Positions 28,216-37,929 of a DNA stretch of 64,000 nucleotides are shown here, in pieces (position 1 is the stretch's first letter; every line of letters begins with the position of its first letter). This stretch comes from Cryomorphaceae bacterium. GTDB lineage: Bacteria > Bacteroidota > Bacteroidia > Flavobacteriales_D > Crocinitomicaceae. The notes beneath the pieces are model-generated. The model was not told the DNA's origin. It was given only the letters and a program-made list of their open reading frames with translations, and searched no databases. The stretch covers positions 15,840-79,839 of the forward strand of contig JAIXXP010000116.1 of assembly GCA_027490665.1 (NCBI GenBank). Direction: 5' to 3'. The position numbers and the translations under genes are program-made.

Positions 28216-28788
28216 ATGAAAAACGTAGTTATCGGTTTCGTAGGCGCATTTGCCTTATTCTCTTTTGTTGCTTCACAAGCTGGTCTTTGGTCAGTTGATG
28301 GCGCGCACTCCCGTTTGGGCTTTACCATTCTTCATAATGGCATCACAAATGTTCATGGTAACTTTGATAAGTTCACCATGGAAGTGACCACACCTAACGA
28401 AGATTTCAACGGTGCAACCATTGTTTTAAACGCAGAAGCAGCTTCTGTTAACACTGGTATCGAAGCGCGTGACAACCACTTGCGCACAGCAGATTGTTTT
28501 GATGCAGAAAAATTTCCAGCAATTTCTTTTAAAAGTACTGCTGTAAAAGAAACCAAAACAAAAGGAACTTACACAGTAGAAGGCGACCTTACCATGCACG
28601 GTGTCACTAAAAAAGTAGTTTTCAATGGTGTACATACCGGAAACAGCAAAAATTACAAAGGCACTCCAGTTGCTGGTTTGCAAATTAGTGGTGTAGTAAA
28701 GCGCTCTGAGTTTGGAATGGGTGAAGTAAGCCCAGGCTTGGCAGATGAAGTAAAATTACAAGCTGATTTAGAAATCGCTAAAAACTAA
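28216..28788 (+). CDS. YceI family periplasmic protein
   Basis: Signal peptide ...FVAS|Q. Motifs W.VD..HS.LGF...H......G.F and TMHGVTKKV are typical of YceI. Confidence 0.85.
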   Translation: MKNVVIGFVGAFALFSFVASQAGLWSVDGAHSRLGFTILHNGITNVHGNFDKFTMEVTTPNEDFNGATIVLNAEAASVNTGIEARDNHLRTADCFDAEKFPAISFKSTAVKETKTKGTYTVEGDLTMHGVTKKVVFNGVHTGNSKNYKGTPVAGLQISGVVKRSEFGMGEVSPGLADEVKLQADLEIAKN

Positions 28789-28793
28789 CTTTG

Positions 28794-29315
28794 ATGAGAA
28801 GCTACGCATTTTTAATCTTCTTTTTCGCTGCTTTAACAAGTGTTGCTCAGCAATACAAACTTGCTGACGGACACAAAATTTCTTTCTCAAACCCAGATGT
28901 TAGTGGAACGTTTGATGATCTTACCGCTGCTTCGCTTGTTTTTGATGAGACCAAACTTTCAAGTTCAAAACTCAATTTCAAAATTGAAGTAGGTTCGATC
29001 AATACCGGTAACGGCCTAATGAATAAGCACGCTAAAGGTGAAGAATGGTTCAATGCTGAGAAATACCCTTATATCGAATTTACGTCTTCAAAGATCGAAA
29101 AGACGAGTGAGGGCTACAAAGCAACTGGCAAATTACAAATGCATGGTGTATCCAAAGAAATCAGCATTCCGTTTACTTTTTCCAAAAAAGGTTCTAAAGG
29201 AACTTTTATTGCTAAATTTAGCGTAGACCGCACTGATTATCAGGTGGGAAAAAAGAATGGCGGCGTTGCTGATACCATTAAAATTACAGCAACGATTCCA
29301 GTAGATAAAAAATAG
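28794..29315 (+). CDS. YceI family periplasmic protein (second tandem copy)
   Basis: ATG 28794. Signal peptide ...TSVA|Q. LQMHGVSKEISIPF and the overall YceI pattern are present. Confidence 0.8.
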   Translation: MRSYAFLIFFFAALTSVAQQYKLADGHKISFSNPDVSGTFDDLTAASLVFDETKLSSSKLNFKIEVGSINTGNGLMNKHAKGEEWFNAEKYPYIEFTSSKIEKTSEGYKATGKLQMHGVSKEISIPFTFSKKGSKGTFIAKFSVDRTDYQVGKKNGGVADTIKITATIPVDKK

Positions 29316-29319
29316 AATT

Positions 29320-29703
29320 ATGAAACGCGTCCTTATTTTCAGCCTGATCATCGCCACGTTATCTTCTTCTGTAATTGGTTTTTTTCTCAATTACTTTTAT
29401 GCATTTGAGTTTGATCAAACCATCAAAATCCTACCCATTTGGAAGGTAGTATTCGTTTACTTTTTATTGGCTTTGAGTTTTTCACTTTTGGCATATTTCG
29501 TCGAGAGCAAATGGAACAACAGGGGTCTTTTTGTTATAAACGCAGCGATAAGTTTTTTTGCTGTTGCTTCGATGGGCTTTCCATTGAAATACACCAACAC
29601 AGAAATTGATACCACTTTTTTACCTATTGTTGCCATTCCATGTTTATTTGTTTTGCCATTAATTTGGATGTCGTTTCAACCCATTATTTTTAATAAAAAG
29701 TAG
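29320..29703 (+). CDS. small integral membrane protein, unknown function
   Basis: 127 aa with four hydrophobic segments. Follows the YceI pair after 4 nt. Confidence 0.5.
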   Translation: MKRVLIFSLIIATLSSSVIGFFLNYFYAFEFDQTIKILPIWKVVFVYFLLALSFSLLAYFVESKWNNRGLFVINAAISFFAVASMGFPLKYTNTEIDTTFLPIVAIPCLFVLPLIWMSFQPIIFNKK

Positions 29704-29725
29704 TGCGATTTTGGCATAAATCTTG

Positions 29726-29754
29726 AAAGGATGCTTCGGCATCCTTTTTTTTTT
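29726..29754 (+). terminator. intrinsic terminator
   Basis: 9-bp stem aaaggatgc/gcatccttt closing a ttcg tetraloop, followed by a T-run through 29754. It lies inside the listed N-terminal extension of the next ORF, which argues for the ATG 29806 start. Confidence 0.75.
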
Positions 29755-29805
29755 GGAAAAAACTGCCAAAAAGCACAACGAATTTTTTCGTTTTACGTTA
29801 ATAAA

Positions 29806-32187
29806 ATGATGTTGCAGCGTATAAGTATTTGGCTATTCTTTATCGGGATTTTTCTTCCACAAGTTTTGCGCGCGCAATTGATTACCAATAATTCTCTGAA
29901 CCCACAGGGCTTAGTTCAAAATATCCTTCTTGGCAACGGTGTTACGGTCTCGAATGTGACCTACAACGGAAGCCCTGTTGCCATAGCTCAGTTTACTGCG
30001 GCCAATACTACCCTTGGCATCAATAGCGGAATTGTCATGACCACCGGCACCACCTTGCCAAATGGCGATGGTCCGCAGGGTCCGAACGATGCTTCCGGCG
30101 CTGGTGTCGACAACAACATGGGTGGTTTCAATTTGCTTTCTCAAGCCATTCAAGGCACCCAAACTTACAACGCGGCTATCCTGGAGTTTGACTTCATCCC
30201 CTATGCCGATACCGTTCGTTTCAAATATGTCTTTGGTTCAGATGAATATCCAGAATTTGCCCCTCCCAATAACACGACCTACAACGATGTCTTTGGTTTT
30301 TTTATCTCAGGCCCAGGAATTACAGGTTTTCAGAATATCGCCAAACTCCCAAACGGTGCGGTGGTTTCGATCAATAATGTAAATACCATCACGAACCCAT
30401 TCTATTTCGTCAACAATGGCGATGGCAATACGGCTCCTTATAACCAGAGCCCACAATATATTCAGTACGACGGCTTCACAAAAGTATTGGAAGCGGTTTC
30501 GCAGGTGCAATGTGGCCAAACGTATCACTTAATTTTAGCTATTGCCGATGTTGGAGACGGCCAATGGGACTCAGGCATCTTTTTGGAAGCCAATAGCCTT
30601 TCTACAATTACACCTGTAGAGATTGAACACACGCTTTCTCAGCAAGTTTTTGCCAACCCAGATTGGATGGCGGAGGGCTGCGTCACTACAACGGTTACCC
30701 TTACACGTCAGTCTAATCTCAATCAAAACCTGACCATACCTGTGCAACTCAGTGGTACGGCAATCAATGGCCTTGATTACAGCGGTATCCCAGCTAGTAT
30801 TAATTTTCCTCCTGGGCAAACCACAGTGAGTTTCAACATTCAATCCCTAACCGATGCCTTAGTAGAAGGACTTGAAACCCTCACACTTACTTTTCCAATA
30901 ACTGATCCTTGTGGCAACGTAACGCCACTTGTGCTCGACCTCTGGATCCAAGACAACCAGCCTATGCAAGTAACTCTAACGAGTTCGCCTATCACTTGTC
31001 CTGGAGATCCCGTCACAATTAATTCTCAGATCAGTGGAGGAGTTCAGCCGTATACCTATCAATGGAGTACAGGGCAAAATACTGGTAGCATTACTTTTAC
31101 TCCGGCAACTTCTCAATCTGTATGGTTGGCTGTCAATGACGCATGTACGGGCATTCCGGCTTATGATACTATTTTGGTTACTGTTCCAGTCTTGAGTCCC
31201 TTGACTATTTTAACGAGCCCTGATATCACCGAAATATGTCCTTATATTCCGGCAATGTTAGGCGTACAAGCAAGTGGAGGATCAGGTCAGTATACCTATT
31301 TATGGACAACCAACAATGTGTTAAGTAGCACAACTGATTCTTTATTAGTGAATCCAGGAAGTTCAAGTATATACCAGATCACAGTCACAGACAATTGTGG
31401 CAATTCCATACAAGATAGCATCAGCTATAACATACTGAGTCCGCCACTTGTTTTGCAAACAAATGGTCCTTTTCAAATTTGTCCGGGCGATAGCGTAGCT
31501 CTTTTGGTTACGGCTAGTGGTGGTTATGGTAACTACTATTACAATTGGTCCACAACTGCAACTACACCTCAAATTACCGTTGCACCCCAAAACTCCACCT
31601 CTTATTTTGTCCAGGTAAGTGACGAATGTCAAACATTTAGTGTAACGGCTGTTGCCATGGTTCAGGTGGTCAAACCACTGGCTAATTTCTATATCATGAG
31701 CCAAGATCCAATGCAAGGTCTGCCTGTTCAATTTGAGAATGCCTCTTTGAATGCGTGGTCTTATACATGGGCTTTTGGCGACGGAAATGGCTCATTTTTA
31801 GTCAACCCTATCCATACATATATCCAGCCAGGCGCTTATGAAATTACGCTCATTGCCACCAATCAGGAAGGTTGTATCGATAGTATTTCTAAATGGATTG
31901 ACATTGCACCCGAACGATATATCTACCTACCAAATTCATTCACACCAGACGGCGACGGCCTCAATGAATATTTCTACGGTCGCTTTATTGGCTTGATGAG
32001 CGCACGCTTCTATATTTTTAACCGTTGGGGTGAAGAGGTGTTTTTCTCTGATCAACTCAACTTTGTCTGGGATGCGAGCTATGAAGGCGTACCTGTCCAA
32101 GACGGCACCTATACTTGGTACCTGATTTACGAAATTGAGAAAGGTATTTACGAAGACCTATCTGGTCACGTGAATGTAATCCGTTAA
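29806..32187 (+). CDS. choice-of-anchor L domain protein with PKD-like domains and T9SS type B C-terminal sorting domain
   Basis: Signal peptide ...VLRA|Q. The choice-of-anchor L pattern is LVQNILLGNGVTVSNVTYNG...SGIVMTTG...FKYVFGSDEYPEF...DVFGFFISGPG...GIFLEANS. The C-terminal type B CTD is FTPDGDGLNEYF...FNRWGEEVF...WDASY...GTYTWY...GHVNVIR. Confidence 0.8.
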   Translation: MMLQRISIWLFFIGIFLPQVLRAQLITNNSLNPQGLVQNILLGNGVTVSNVTYNGSPVAIAQFTAANTTLGINSGIVMTTGTTLPNGDGPQGPNDASGAGVDNNMGGFNLLSQAIQGTQTYNAAILEFDFIPYADTVRFKYVFGSDEYPEFAPPNNTTYNDVFGFFISGPGITGFQNIAKLPNGAVVSINNVNTITNPFYFVNNGDGNTAPYNQSPQYIQYDGFTKVLEAVSQVQCGQTYHLILAIADVGDGQWDSGIFLEANSLSTITPVEIEHTLSQQVFANPDWMAEGCVTTTVTLTRQSNLNQNLTIPVQLSGTAINGLDYSGIPASINFPPGQTTVSFNIQSLTDALVEGLETLTLTFPITDPCGNVTPLVLDLWIQDNQPMQVTLTSSPITCPGDPVTINSQISGGVQPYTYQWSTGQNTGSITFTPATSQSVWLAVNDACTGIPAYDTILVTVPVLSPLTILTSPDITEICPYIPAMLGVQASGGSGQYTYLWTTNNVLSSTTDSLLVNPGSSSIYQITVTDNCGNSIQDSISYNILSPPLVLQTNGPFQICPGDSVALLVTASGGYGNYYYNWSTTATTPQITVAPQNSTSYFVQVSDECQTFSVTAVAMVQVVKPLANFYIMSQDPMQGLPVQFENASLNAWSYTWAFGDGNGSFLVNPIHTYIQPGAYEITLIATNQEGCIDSISKWIDIAPERYIYLPNSFTPDGDGLNEYFYGRFIGLMSARFYIFNRWGEEVFFSDQLNFVWDASYEGVPVQDGTYTWYLIYEIEKGIYEDLSGHVNVIR

Positions 32188-32196
32188 TTGCTCACC

Positions 32197-33165
32197 TTAA
32201 TCATTAGAAATGATCTCAAATAGCTCATTTAAGTTAGGTGAAATGATGATTTCAATACGGCGGTTTTTTGATTTATCGTCTGGGTCAACCGGATGATACT
32301 CACTGCGACCTGCGGCCATCATTTGTGTAGCAGCCATATTGGAATTGGCCAACATCAGTTCAACAACTGCGGTTGCACGCAATACTGAAAGCTCCCAGTT
32401 GTTTTTTGGTGATACGCTGCTGTTCAATTTATCGGTGTCTGTGTGTCCTTCTACAACAATTTCGAGGTCGCGTTCGGTTTCTAATACGCGAGCTAACTGC
32501 ACTAATGCTTCTTTTCCTTCGTCTTCTACTTTAGTAGAGCCCGAATTGAAGAGCAATTTCGCTTCTAAACTCACGTAAATTTTACCATTTTTCTGGACAA
32601 CTGTAAGCCCTTGGTTTTCAAAGTTGCGCAAGGCATTCGCAACTCTCGCTTTGAGCAATTGGATTTTTGCGTCCTTCTTACGGATTGCTTCTTCGAGTTC
32701 ATTAACGCGTTTTTCACGTTCTTCGAGCAATACTTGCTTTGCTTTGAGTTCTTGATCGAGCTTGAGTAACGCATCTTCTTTGCGCTGTAATTCTTTGGTT
32801 TTTTGCTCGAGTTCGGTTTGTAGGGTAGCTGTTTCTTTGGCGCTTAGGCTTTTGAGTTTGTCAAATGAATTTTCAAGCGCTTCATATTGTGCCTCTAACG
32901 TTTCTTGTTCGCGCACGAGCAGGCGCATTTGGTTACCTAAGTTATTGGTGTCACCACGCAAGCGACTCACTTCCTTTGCAGCTAAATCGTATTTAGTTTG
33001 CAAATCTTTGGAAAGTACTTCGTAGTCACTGCTGCTCTTTTTATACTTAGCAAGCTCTTCGCTGCAATTTTTTTCGCGTTCGAGTAGTTCGTTGTATTTT
33101 TTGGAAGGTACACAGGCCGTGAATACCAACGTTGCGAGTAGAGAGAGGAAAAGGAAATTTTTCAT
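32197..33165 (-). CDS. OmpA family lipoprotein with long coiled coil
   Basis: Lipobox LVFTAC. About 170 aa of heptad-rich sequence. The C-terminal OmpA-like domain is VVEGHTDTD...NWELSVLRATAV...NRRIEIII. Confidence 0.85.
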   Translation of the reverse strand: MKNFLFLSLLATLVFTACVPSKKYNELLEREKNCSEELAKYKKSSSDYEVLSKDLQTKYDLAAKEVSRLRGDTNNLGNQMRLLVREQETLEAQYEALENSFDKLKSLSAKETATLQTELEQKTKELQRKEDALLKLDQELKAKQVLLEEREKRVNELEEAIRKKDAKIQLLKARVANALRNFENQGLTVVQKNGKIYVSLEAKLLFNSGSTKVEDEGKEALVQLARVLETERDLEIVVEGHTDTDKLNSSVSPKNNWELSVLRATAVVELMLANSNMAATQMMAAGRSEYHPVDPDDKSKNRRIEIIISPNLNELFEIISND

Positions 33166-33297
33166 GAGCGCTGCTTTTTTTACAAAGTTGTTTTTTAATT
33201 GCCAATTGATTTTGGCTTTTTTCTGTTTTTATAAACACTAGATATTGCATAAAGTAACACATTAGGTCAATTTCGTGGCCATCGAGAGTGAATTCCT

Positions 33298-33305
33298 TAC
33301 CTTTG
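33298..33305 (+). promoter_or_regulatory. candidate -7 box TACCTTTG, only 4 nt from the ATG (leaderless-type geometry)
   Basis: Perfect TAnnTTTG match, then catt, then ATG 33310. Confidence 0.5.
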
Positions 33306-33309
33306 CATT

Positions 33310-33879
33310 ATGAGTACTGTAAGGAAAAATCAAAAAAAGTTAACTGAAGCTTTTGAGCTGCTGCAAAAAAACGATGCCGTATCGCTCACAGCTGCATTAA
33401 GCATCTATAAAGACCATGGACAAGTGAGTGTGCTCCCGTCCCTATTTAAAACTTTAGAAGGAAGAGAGCGTAGTCAGCAACAAGCCATACTCAGCTTTCT
33501 TTCCGATGTCAAAGACACCGATGCCATAGAAGCTTTTGTAACTTACCTTCAGGAGGAGACCAATCCAGAAAACCGAAAATTGGTTTTATCGGCTATTTGG
33601 AACTCTAAATTACCTTTTGATGAGCATTTGCCGTTTTTTGTAATGCTCGCTTCGCAAGGAGACTACCTTGAAGCGCTTGATTGCCTTACGATCATAGAAA
33701 ATATGTCGGGTCCGTTTGATGAATCTCAACTGCTTGAAGCACAGCTTTTACTCAAAGAATATGTGGAGGAACGCGCGCCACAATCAGACCAAAAAGCGCA
33801 AATCATGAGTGAAATTGCTTGGTTTGTGAAAGAACAAAACGAAGGCATTGATGCCGACTTGTTAATCGATAACGACTAA
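33310..33879 (+). CDS. hypothetical helical-repeat protein
   Basis: 189-aa ORF, helical and HEAT-like in appearance, with no recognised motif. First gene of the yicC-gmk-nadD run. Confidence 0.55.
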   Translation: MSTVRKNQKKLTEAFELLQKNDAVSLTAALSIYKDHGQVSVLPSLFKTLEGRERSQQQAILSFLSDVKDTDAIEAFVTYLQEETNPENRKLVLSAIWNSKLPFDEHLPFFVMLASQGDYLEALDCLTIIENMSGPFDESQLLEAQLLLKEYVEERAPQSDQKAQIMSEIAWFVKEQNEGIDADLLIDND

Positions 33880-33882
33880 ATT

Positions 33883-34761
33883 ATGAGCCAAATAGCGCTG
33901 CAATCAATGACCGGTTTTGGCAAGGCCAACGGACATTTTAACGATAAAAAAATCTCTATTGAGGTTCGTTCACTCAATTCAAAAGGTCTCGACCTCAATT
34001 TAAAAATACCGTCGAGTTACCGCGACCTCGAAACGCCAATTCGCAAATTGGTCACCGAAAAGTTGTTGCGCGGCAAAATGGATTTAGGGATTTATATCGA
34101 AAGCCAACAACATCAATTAGCCGGTTTGATCAACGAGCAAGTGGCAACGGCTTATTTTGAAAAGCTCAAATCACTCAATACAACATGGGGCACCAATACC
34201 CAAGACTACCTTGCGCTTGTTTTGCGCATGCCTGATGTGCTCACAAGTCAGTATGAAGAACTTTCAGAAGAAGAAACTGAATTTATTTTAAGTTTAGTTG
34301 TCGAGGGGTGTAGTCAACTTGAAAAGTTCCGCAGACAAGAAGGCCTTAGCTTGGCTAAGGATTTGACAGCTAATCTAGATGCTATTCAGCAAGAACTGCT
34401 TGCAATTGTCCCGTTTGAACAAGAACGAGTTGCGCAGGTAAGAGAGCGCATTCAAAAAGGGCTTGCTTCAATAGATGAAAGCAGGGTAGATGTCAACCGC
34501 TTGGAGCAAGAAATGATCTATTATGTAGAAAAACTCGATATTTCTGAGGAAAAGCAACGCTTGCAGCAGCACCTTACCTATTTTACCGAAACGCTCAATC
34601 AAGATGCATCGGGCAAAAAATTAGGTTTCATCGCTCAAGAAATGGGTAGAGAAATCAATACATTGGGCAGCAAATGCAATCATTCAGAAATTCAAAGAAG
34701 GGTGGTTGTGATGAAAGATCACCTCGAAAAAATCAAAGAACAAGTTCTAAACGCCTTATAG
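33883..34761 (+). CDS. yicC: YicC/YloC family endoribonuclease
   Basis: N-terminal MTGFGKA...IEVRSLNSKGLDL, and a C-terminal DUF1732-like segment (KKLGFIAQEMGREINTLGSK). Confidence 0.9.
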   Translation: MSQIALQSMTGFGKANGHFNDKKISIEVRSLNSKGLDLNLKIPSSYRDLETPIRKLVTEKLLRGKMDLGIYIESQQHQLAGLINEQVATAYFEKLKSLNTTWGTNTQDYLALVLRMPDVLTSQYEELSEEETEFILSLVVEGCSQLEKFRRQEGLSLAKDLTANLDAIQQELLAIVPFEQERVAQVRERIQKGLASIDESRVDVNRLEQEMIYYVEKLDISEEKQRLQQHLTYFTETLNQDASGKKLGFIAQEMGREINTLGSKCNHSEIQRRVVVMKDHLEKIKEQVLNAL

Positions 34762-34762
34762 C

Positions 34763-35332
34763 ATGAACACCCAACCAAGTATTGTTATCTCAGCTCCTTC
34801 TGGCGCAGGTAAATCAACAATTGTTGGCGCCTTACTTGCGAAATATCCGCAGCTAGCGTTCTCGATATCTGCTTGCTCGCGCCCACCACGAGGCCAAGAA
34901 CAAAATGGTGTGCATTATTACTTTTTGGACCCATCCGAATTCAAATACAAAATAAGCGAAGGTGCATTTTTTGAATGGGAAGAGGTCTATGAAGGGATGT
35001 ATTATGGCACGCTTCATGCCGAACTTGAGCGTATTTGGTCCGAAGGAAAAGTTGTTGTTTTTGATATCGATGTCATTGGTGGCCTTAATGTTAAGAATAA
35101 ACTCAAAGACGCTGCCGTCTCCATTTTTATTCAGCCGCCTAGTATTGCAGTCTTAGAAGAGCGCCTGCGCAAGCGTCAAACTGATACTGAAGAAAAAATA
35201 CAGGTTCGTTTGGCGAAGGCCGAGGAAGAGATGAGCCATGCGCATGATTTTGACCATGTGATCGTGAATGATGACCTCACCAAAGCGATTGCTGAGGTAG
35301 AACAAATTGTGCTCCAATTGATCAGAAAATGA
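34763..35332 (+). CDS. gmk: guanylate kinase
   Basis: P-loop SAPSGAGKST, plus SCSRPPRGQEQNGVHYYF and VFDIDVIGG. Confidence 0.95.
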   Translation: MNTQPSIVISAPSGAGKSTIVGALLAKYPQLAFSISACSRPPRGQEQNGVHYYFLDPSEFKYKISEGAFFEWEEVYEGMYYGTLHAELERIWSEGKVVVFDIDVIGGLNVKNKLKDAAVSIFIQPPSIAVLEERLRKRQTDTEEKIQVRLAKAEEEMSHAHDFDHVIVNDDLTKAIAEVEQIVLQLIRK

Positions 35333-35919
35333 AAATAGGCCTTTTTTTTGGAACTTTTAATCCAATTCATGTAGGACACCTCATCATTGCCAATTACATG
35401 GCCCAACACCCTGACATCGATCAGGTTTGGTTAGTGGTGACGCCACATAATCCACACAAAGAAAAATCTACCTTATTGGCAGATTATTTGCGTCTTGATA
35501 TGGTCCGTGATGCCATCTACGATTGTCCACAGCTCAAAGTAAGCGATATAGAATTCCATTTAGCCAAACCAAATTACACGATTTCGACCTTAACGCATTT
35601 GCAAGAAAAATATCCAAATGATGAATTCAGTTTGCTGCTTGGCGCCGATAACCTGAGGTCATTTCAGAAGTGGTACAATTGGGAGCAAATTCTTGCCCAT
35701 CACAAACTTTATGTTTATCCAAGAATTGCTGCAGCTGAGTTGAACGTATCCGATGAGTTGAGCAAGCACCCCAATATTGAGCTTGTCAAGGACGTTCCTA
35801 TTCTAGGTATTAGCGCCAGCTTCGTGAGAACCCAATTGGCAGCGGGCAAAGATTGCAGCTTTTTACTCACCGATCCTGTTGTTAAATTCATAGCAGATCG
35901 CCGTTTGTACCAAAAATAA
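35329..35919 (+). CDS. nadD: nicotinate-nucleotide adenylyltransferase
   Basis: GTFNPIHVGH (HxGH) and ISASFVR (the ISSTxxR-type motif). ATGA overlap with the gmk stop. Confidence 0.9.
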   Translation: MKIGLFFGTFNPIHVGHLIIANYMAQHPDIDQVWLVVTPHNPHKEKSTLLADYLRLDMVRDAIYDCPQLKVSDIEFHLAKPNYTISTLTHLQEKYPNDEFSLLLGADNLRSFQKWYNWEQILAHHKLYVYPRIAAAELNVSDELSKHPNIELVKDVPILGISASFVRTQLAAGKDCSFLLTDPVVKFIADRRLYQK

Positions 35920-35924
35920 GGCAT

Positions 35925-35949
35925 AAAAAAAGGGGAGTTGCCTCCCCTT
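35925..35949. terminator. hairpin terminator between convergent genes (canonical for the minus-strand gene)
   Basis: 8-bp stem aaggggag/ctcccctt with loop ttgc. The A-run on the + strand becomes a U-run after the hairpin on the minus transcript. Confidence 0.6.
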
Positions 35950-35969
35950 CACATATGATTTTGCTAAAC

Positions 35970-36716
35970 TTAAAGTTTAACAAATTTTTGTTGTTGGGTT
36001 CCAAATGCATCAGAAACCTCGATGAGGTAAGTACCATTAGAGAGTTTCGTAAGGTCAAAAGAAGTTGTAGATGAAGTTGTTTCAATAACTTCAATAACTT
36101 TTCCTGTGAGGTCACGAAGGATGATGGTAGAAGAACTACCGTTTAACAAGCCGCTTACTGTGATAGTTGTGTTTGCTGGATTTGGCTCCAAGCTAATTGG
36201 ATTGATGATTTGTTCAATTTGGCCACCTGAACCCACTACAATTTTGTAGCCATCAAAAGAAACTGATTGGGTAACTGGTGTTGGAGGCAAGCCTGGGAAC
36301 AAAACAACTAATACGGTAGCGGTAACGTCAACTGAAACTGGGAATACAGCAACAGAGTCTGTGGTTCCAAAGATGTTGGCACAACCATTTACACCACCAA
36401 GGTAAGTGCAATTGGAGTTGTTACAAGCAAAATCAAAACCAGGAGGCAAACCTTGTAGGGCGTCTATAGTAAATTGTTGGATGACCGAACCCACAAATTG
36501 GCCACTTGGATCTATTTCGGCGGTTACCGTTCCGGGCACCTTGAAATTGATATCTGTAGAGTAGGCTACGTTTGGAAGCGCCGGCGGGAGGTTTTGTGTG
36601 GTGTCTGGCCAAATACCGTAAGTGGAATCGACAAAATTAGCACCCGGTGTACAAGACTGACCCCAAGAAAGGAGATAAGTCATTGTAAATAAAGAAGAAA
36701 GTAAAAGTTTTTTCAT
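35970..36716 (-). CDS. small secreted protein with T9SS type A C-terminal sorting domain
   Basis: Signal peptide ...LLSWG|Q. The C-terminus LEPNPANTTITVSG...IILRDLTGKVI...FDLTKLSNGTYLIEV...KFVKL matches the Por-secretion CTD pattern. Confidence 0.8.
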   Translation of the reverse strand: MKKLLLSSLFTMTYLLSWGQSCTPGANFVDSTYGIWPDTTQNLPPALPNVAYSTDINFKVPGTVTAEIDPSGQFVGSVIQQFTIDALQGLPPGFDFACNNSNCTYLGGVNGCANIFGTTDSVAVFPVSVDVTATVLVVLFPGLPPTPVTQSVSFDGYKIVVGSGGQIEQIINPISLEPNPANTTITVSGLLNGSSSTIILRDLTGKVIEVIETTSSTTSFDLTKLSNGTYLIEVSDAFGTQQQKFVKL

Positions 36717-36820
36717 GGTGATTGATTAAAGTTTCTGAGATAAAGTTACAATTATTTTAATTCCATCCCTACAGTAAAAATACCTAAGACCTACGATTTT
36801 CTGCTATCATTCGCTTTGTC

Positions 36821-36828
36821 TACCTTTG
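36821..36828 (+). promoter_or_regulatory. candidate -7 box TACCTTTG, 4 nt from the ATG (leaderless-type geometry)
   Basis: Perfect TAnnTTTG match, then tgtc, then ATG 36833. Confidence 0.5.
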
Positions 36829-36832
36829 TGTC

Positions 36833-37147
36833 ATGGTAATTTATAATGTTACGGTCAGTATTGATCAAGCAGTTGAACACGATTGGTTGAGCTGGATGCG
36901 TAGTAAGCATATTCCAAATGTGCTCCAAACTGGTTGTTTTTTAGAATGTAGACTTTCCAGAGTGAATGGAGAGGAAGATGGCGGTTGTACTTATTCGGTT
37001 ATGTATTTGGCCCAGGATCAAGTAGCGCTAGACAAATATCAAGCGCAATTTGCACCCGCACTTCAGCAAGACCACACTGCGCTCTTCCAAGGTAAGTTTG
37101 CCGCTTTTCGCACCACACTCAATGTCATTGAAGAATTCAAGAAATGA
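36833..37147 (+). CDS. DUF4286 family protein
   Basis: The N-terminus MVIYNVTVSIDQAVEHDWLSWMRSKHIPNVL is typical of DUF4286. ATGA overlap with the rsmA start. Confidence 0.7.
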   Translation: MVIYNVTVSIDQAVEHDWLSWMRSKHIPNVLQTGCFLECRLSRVNGEEDGGCTYSVMYLAQDQVALDKYQAQFAPALQQDHTALFQGKFAAFRTTLNVIEEFKK

Positions 37148-37929
37148 ATGTAAAACCAAAAAAACAACTAGGTCAACACTTTTTGAAAGATGCAGGTACT
37201 TGCCAAAAAATTGCTGGGCAAGTCATCTGGACCAACCTTACACGAAAAGTGCTAGAAATTGGCCCAGGGATGGGTGCACTCAGTAAATATTTATGGGAAA
37301 TCCCTGAGATAGATCTTTGGTTACTCGATGTCGATATAGAATCGATTGATTACCTACGCGCCAATTATCCTACGCATGCAGACCGCATATTGTTTGGTGA
37401 TTTTCTGCGTTTGGATCCAAAAGAATTGTTTGGCGAGGATCCCTTTATTGTGGTAGGTAACTTTCCTTATAACATATCTTCACAAATATTATTTAAGTGC
37501 TTGGAATACCGCAACCAGGTGCCACAAATTATGGGCATGTTCCAAAAAGAAGTAGCGGTTAGGGTGGCGCAAAAGCCAGGTTCTAAGGAATATGGGATCA
37601 TCAGTGTGCTTTTGCAAACTTTTTATGACATTCATTATTGCTTCACTGTAGATGAGCATGTGTTTATTCCACCGCCAAAGGTAAAAAGCGGCGTTATTCG
37701 TTGCGTAAGAAATGAGCGCGATGCCCTTCCATGTGATGAGAAGCTATATTTTCAAGTCGTAAAGGTGGCTTTTAATCAGCGTCGCAAAACACTACGCAAT
37801 TCTTTGCGCGTTTTGCTCAAAGATGCACCTCTTCCCGAAAAATTTGAACAACAACGCCCAGAGCGTTTAAGTGTTGAAGATTTTATTGAACTTACTTGCT
37901 TTATAGAGCAGCTCCCTAGTAAGGACTAA
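37144..37929 (+). CDS. rsmA: 16S rRNA (adenine1518/1519-N6)-dimethyltransferase
   Basis: Motifs LGQHFL, VLEIGPGMGALS (SAM site), GNFPYNISS and AFNQRRKTLRNSL. Confidence 0.95.
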   Translation: MNVKPKKQLGQHFLKDAGTCQKIAGQVIWTNLTRKVLEIGPGMGALSKYLWEIPEIDLWLLDVDIESIDYLRANYPTHADRILFGDFLRLDPKELFGEDPFIVVGNFPYNISSQILFKCLEYRNQVPQIMGMFQKEVAVRVAQKPGSKEYGIISVLLQTFYDIHYCFTVDEHVFIPPPKVKSGVIRCVRNERDALPCDEKLYFQVVKVAFNQRRKTLRNSLRVLLKDAPLPEKFEQQRPERLSVEDFIELTCFIEQLPSKD

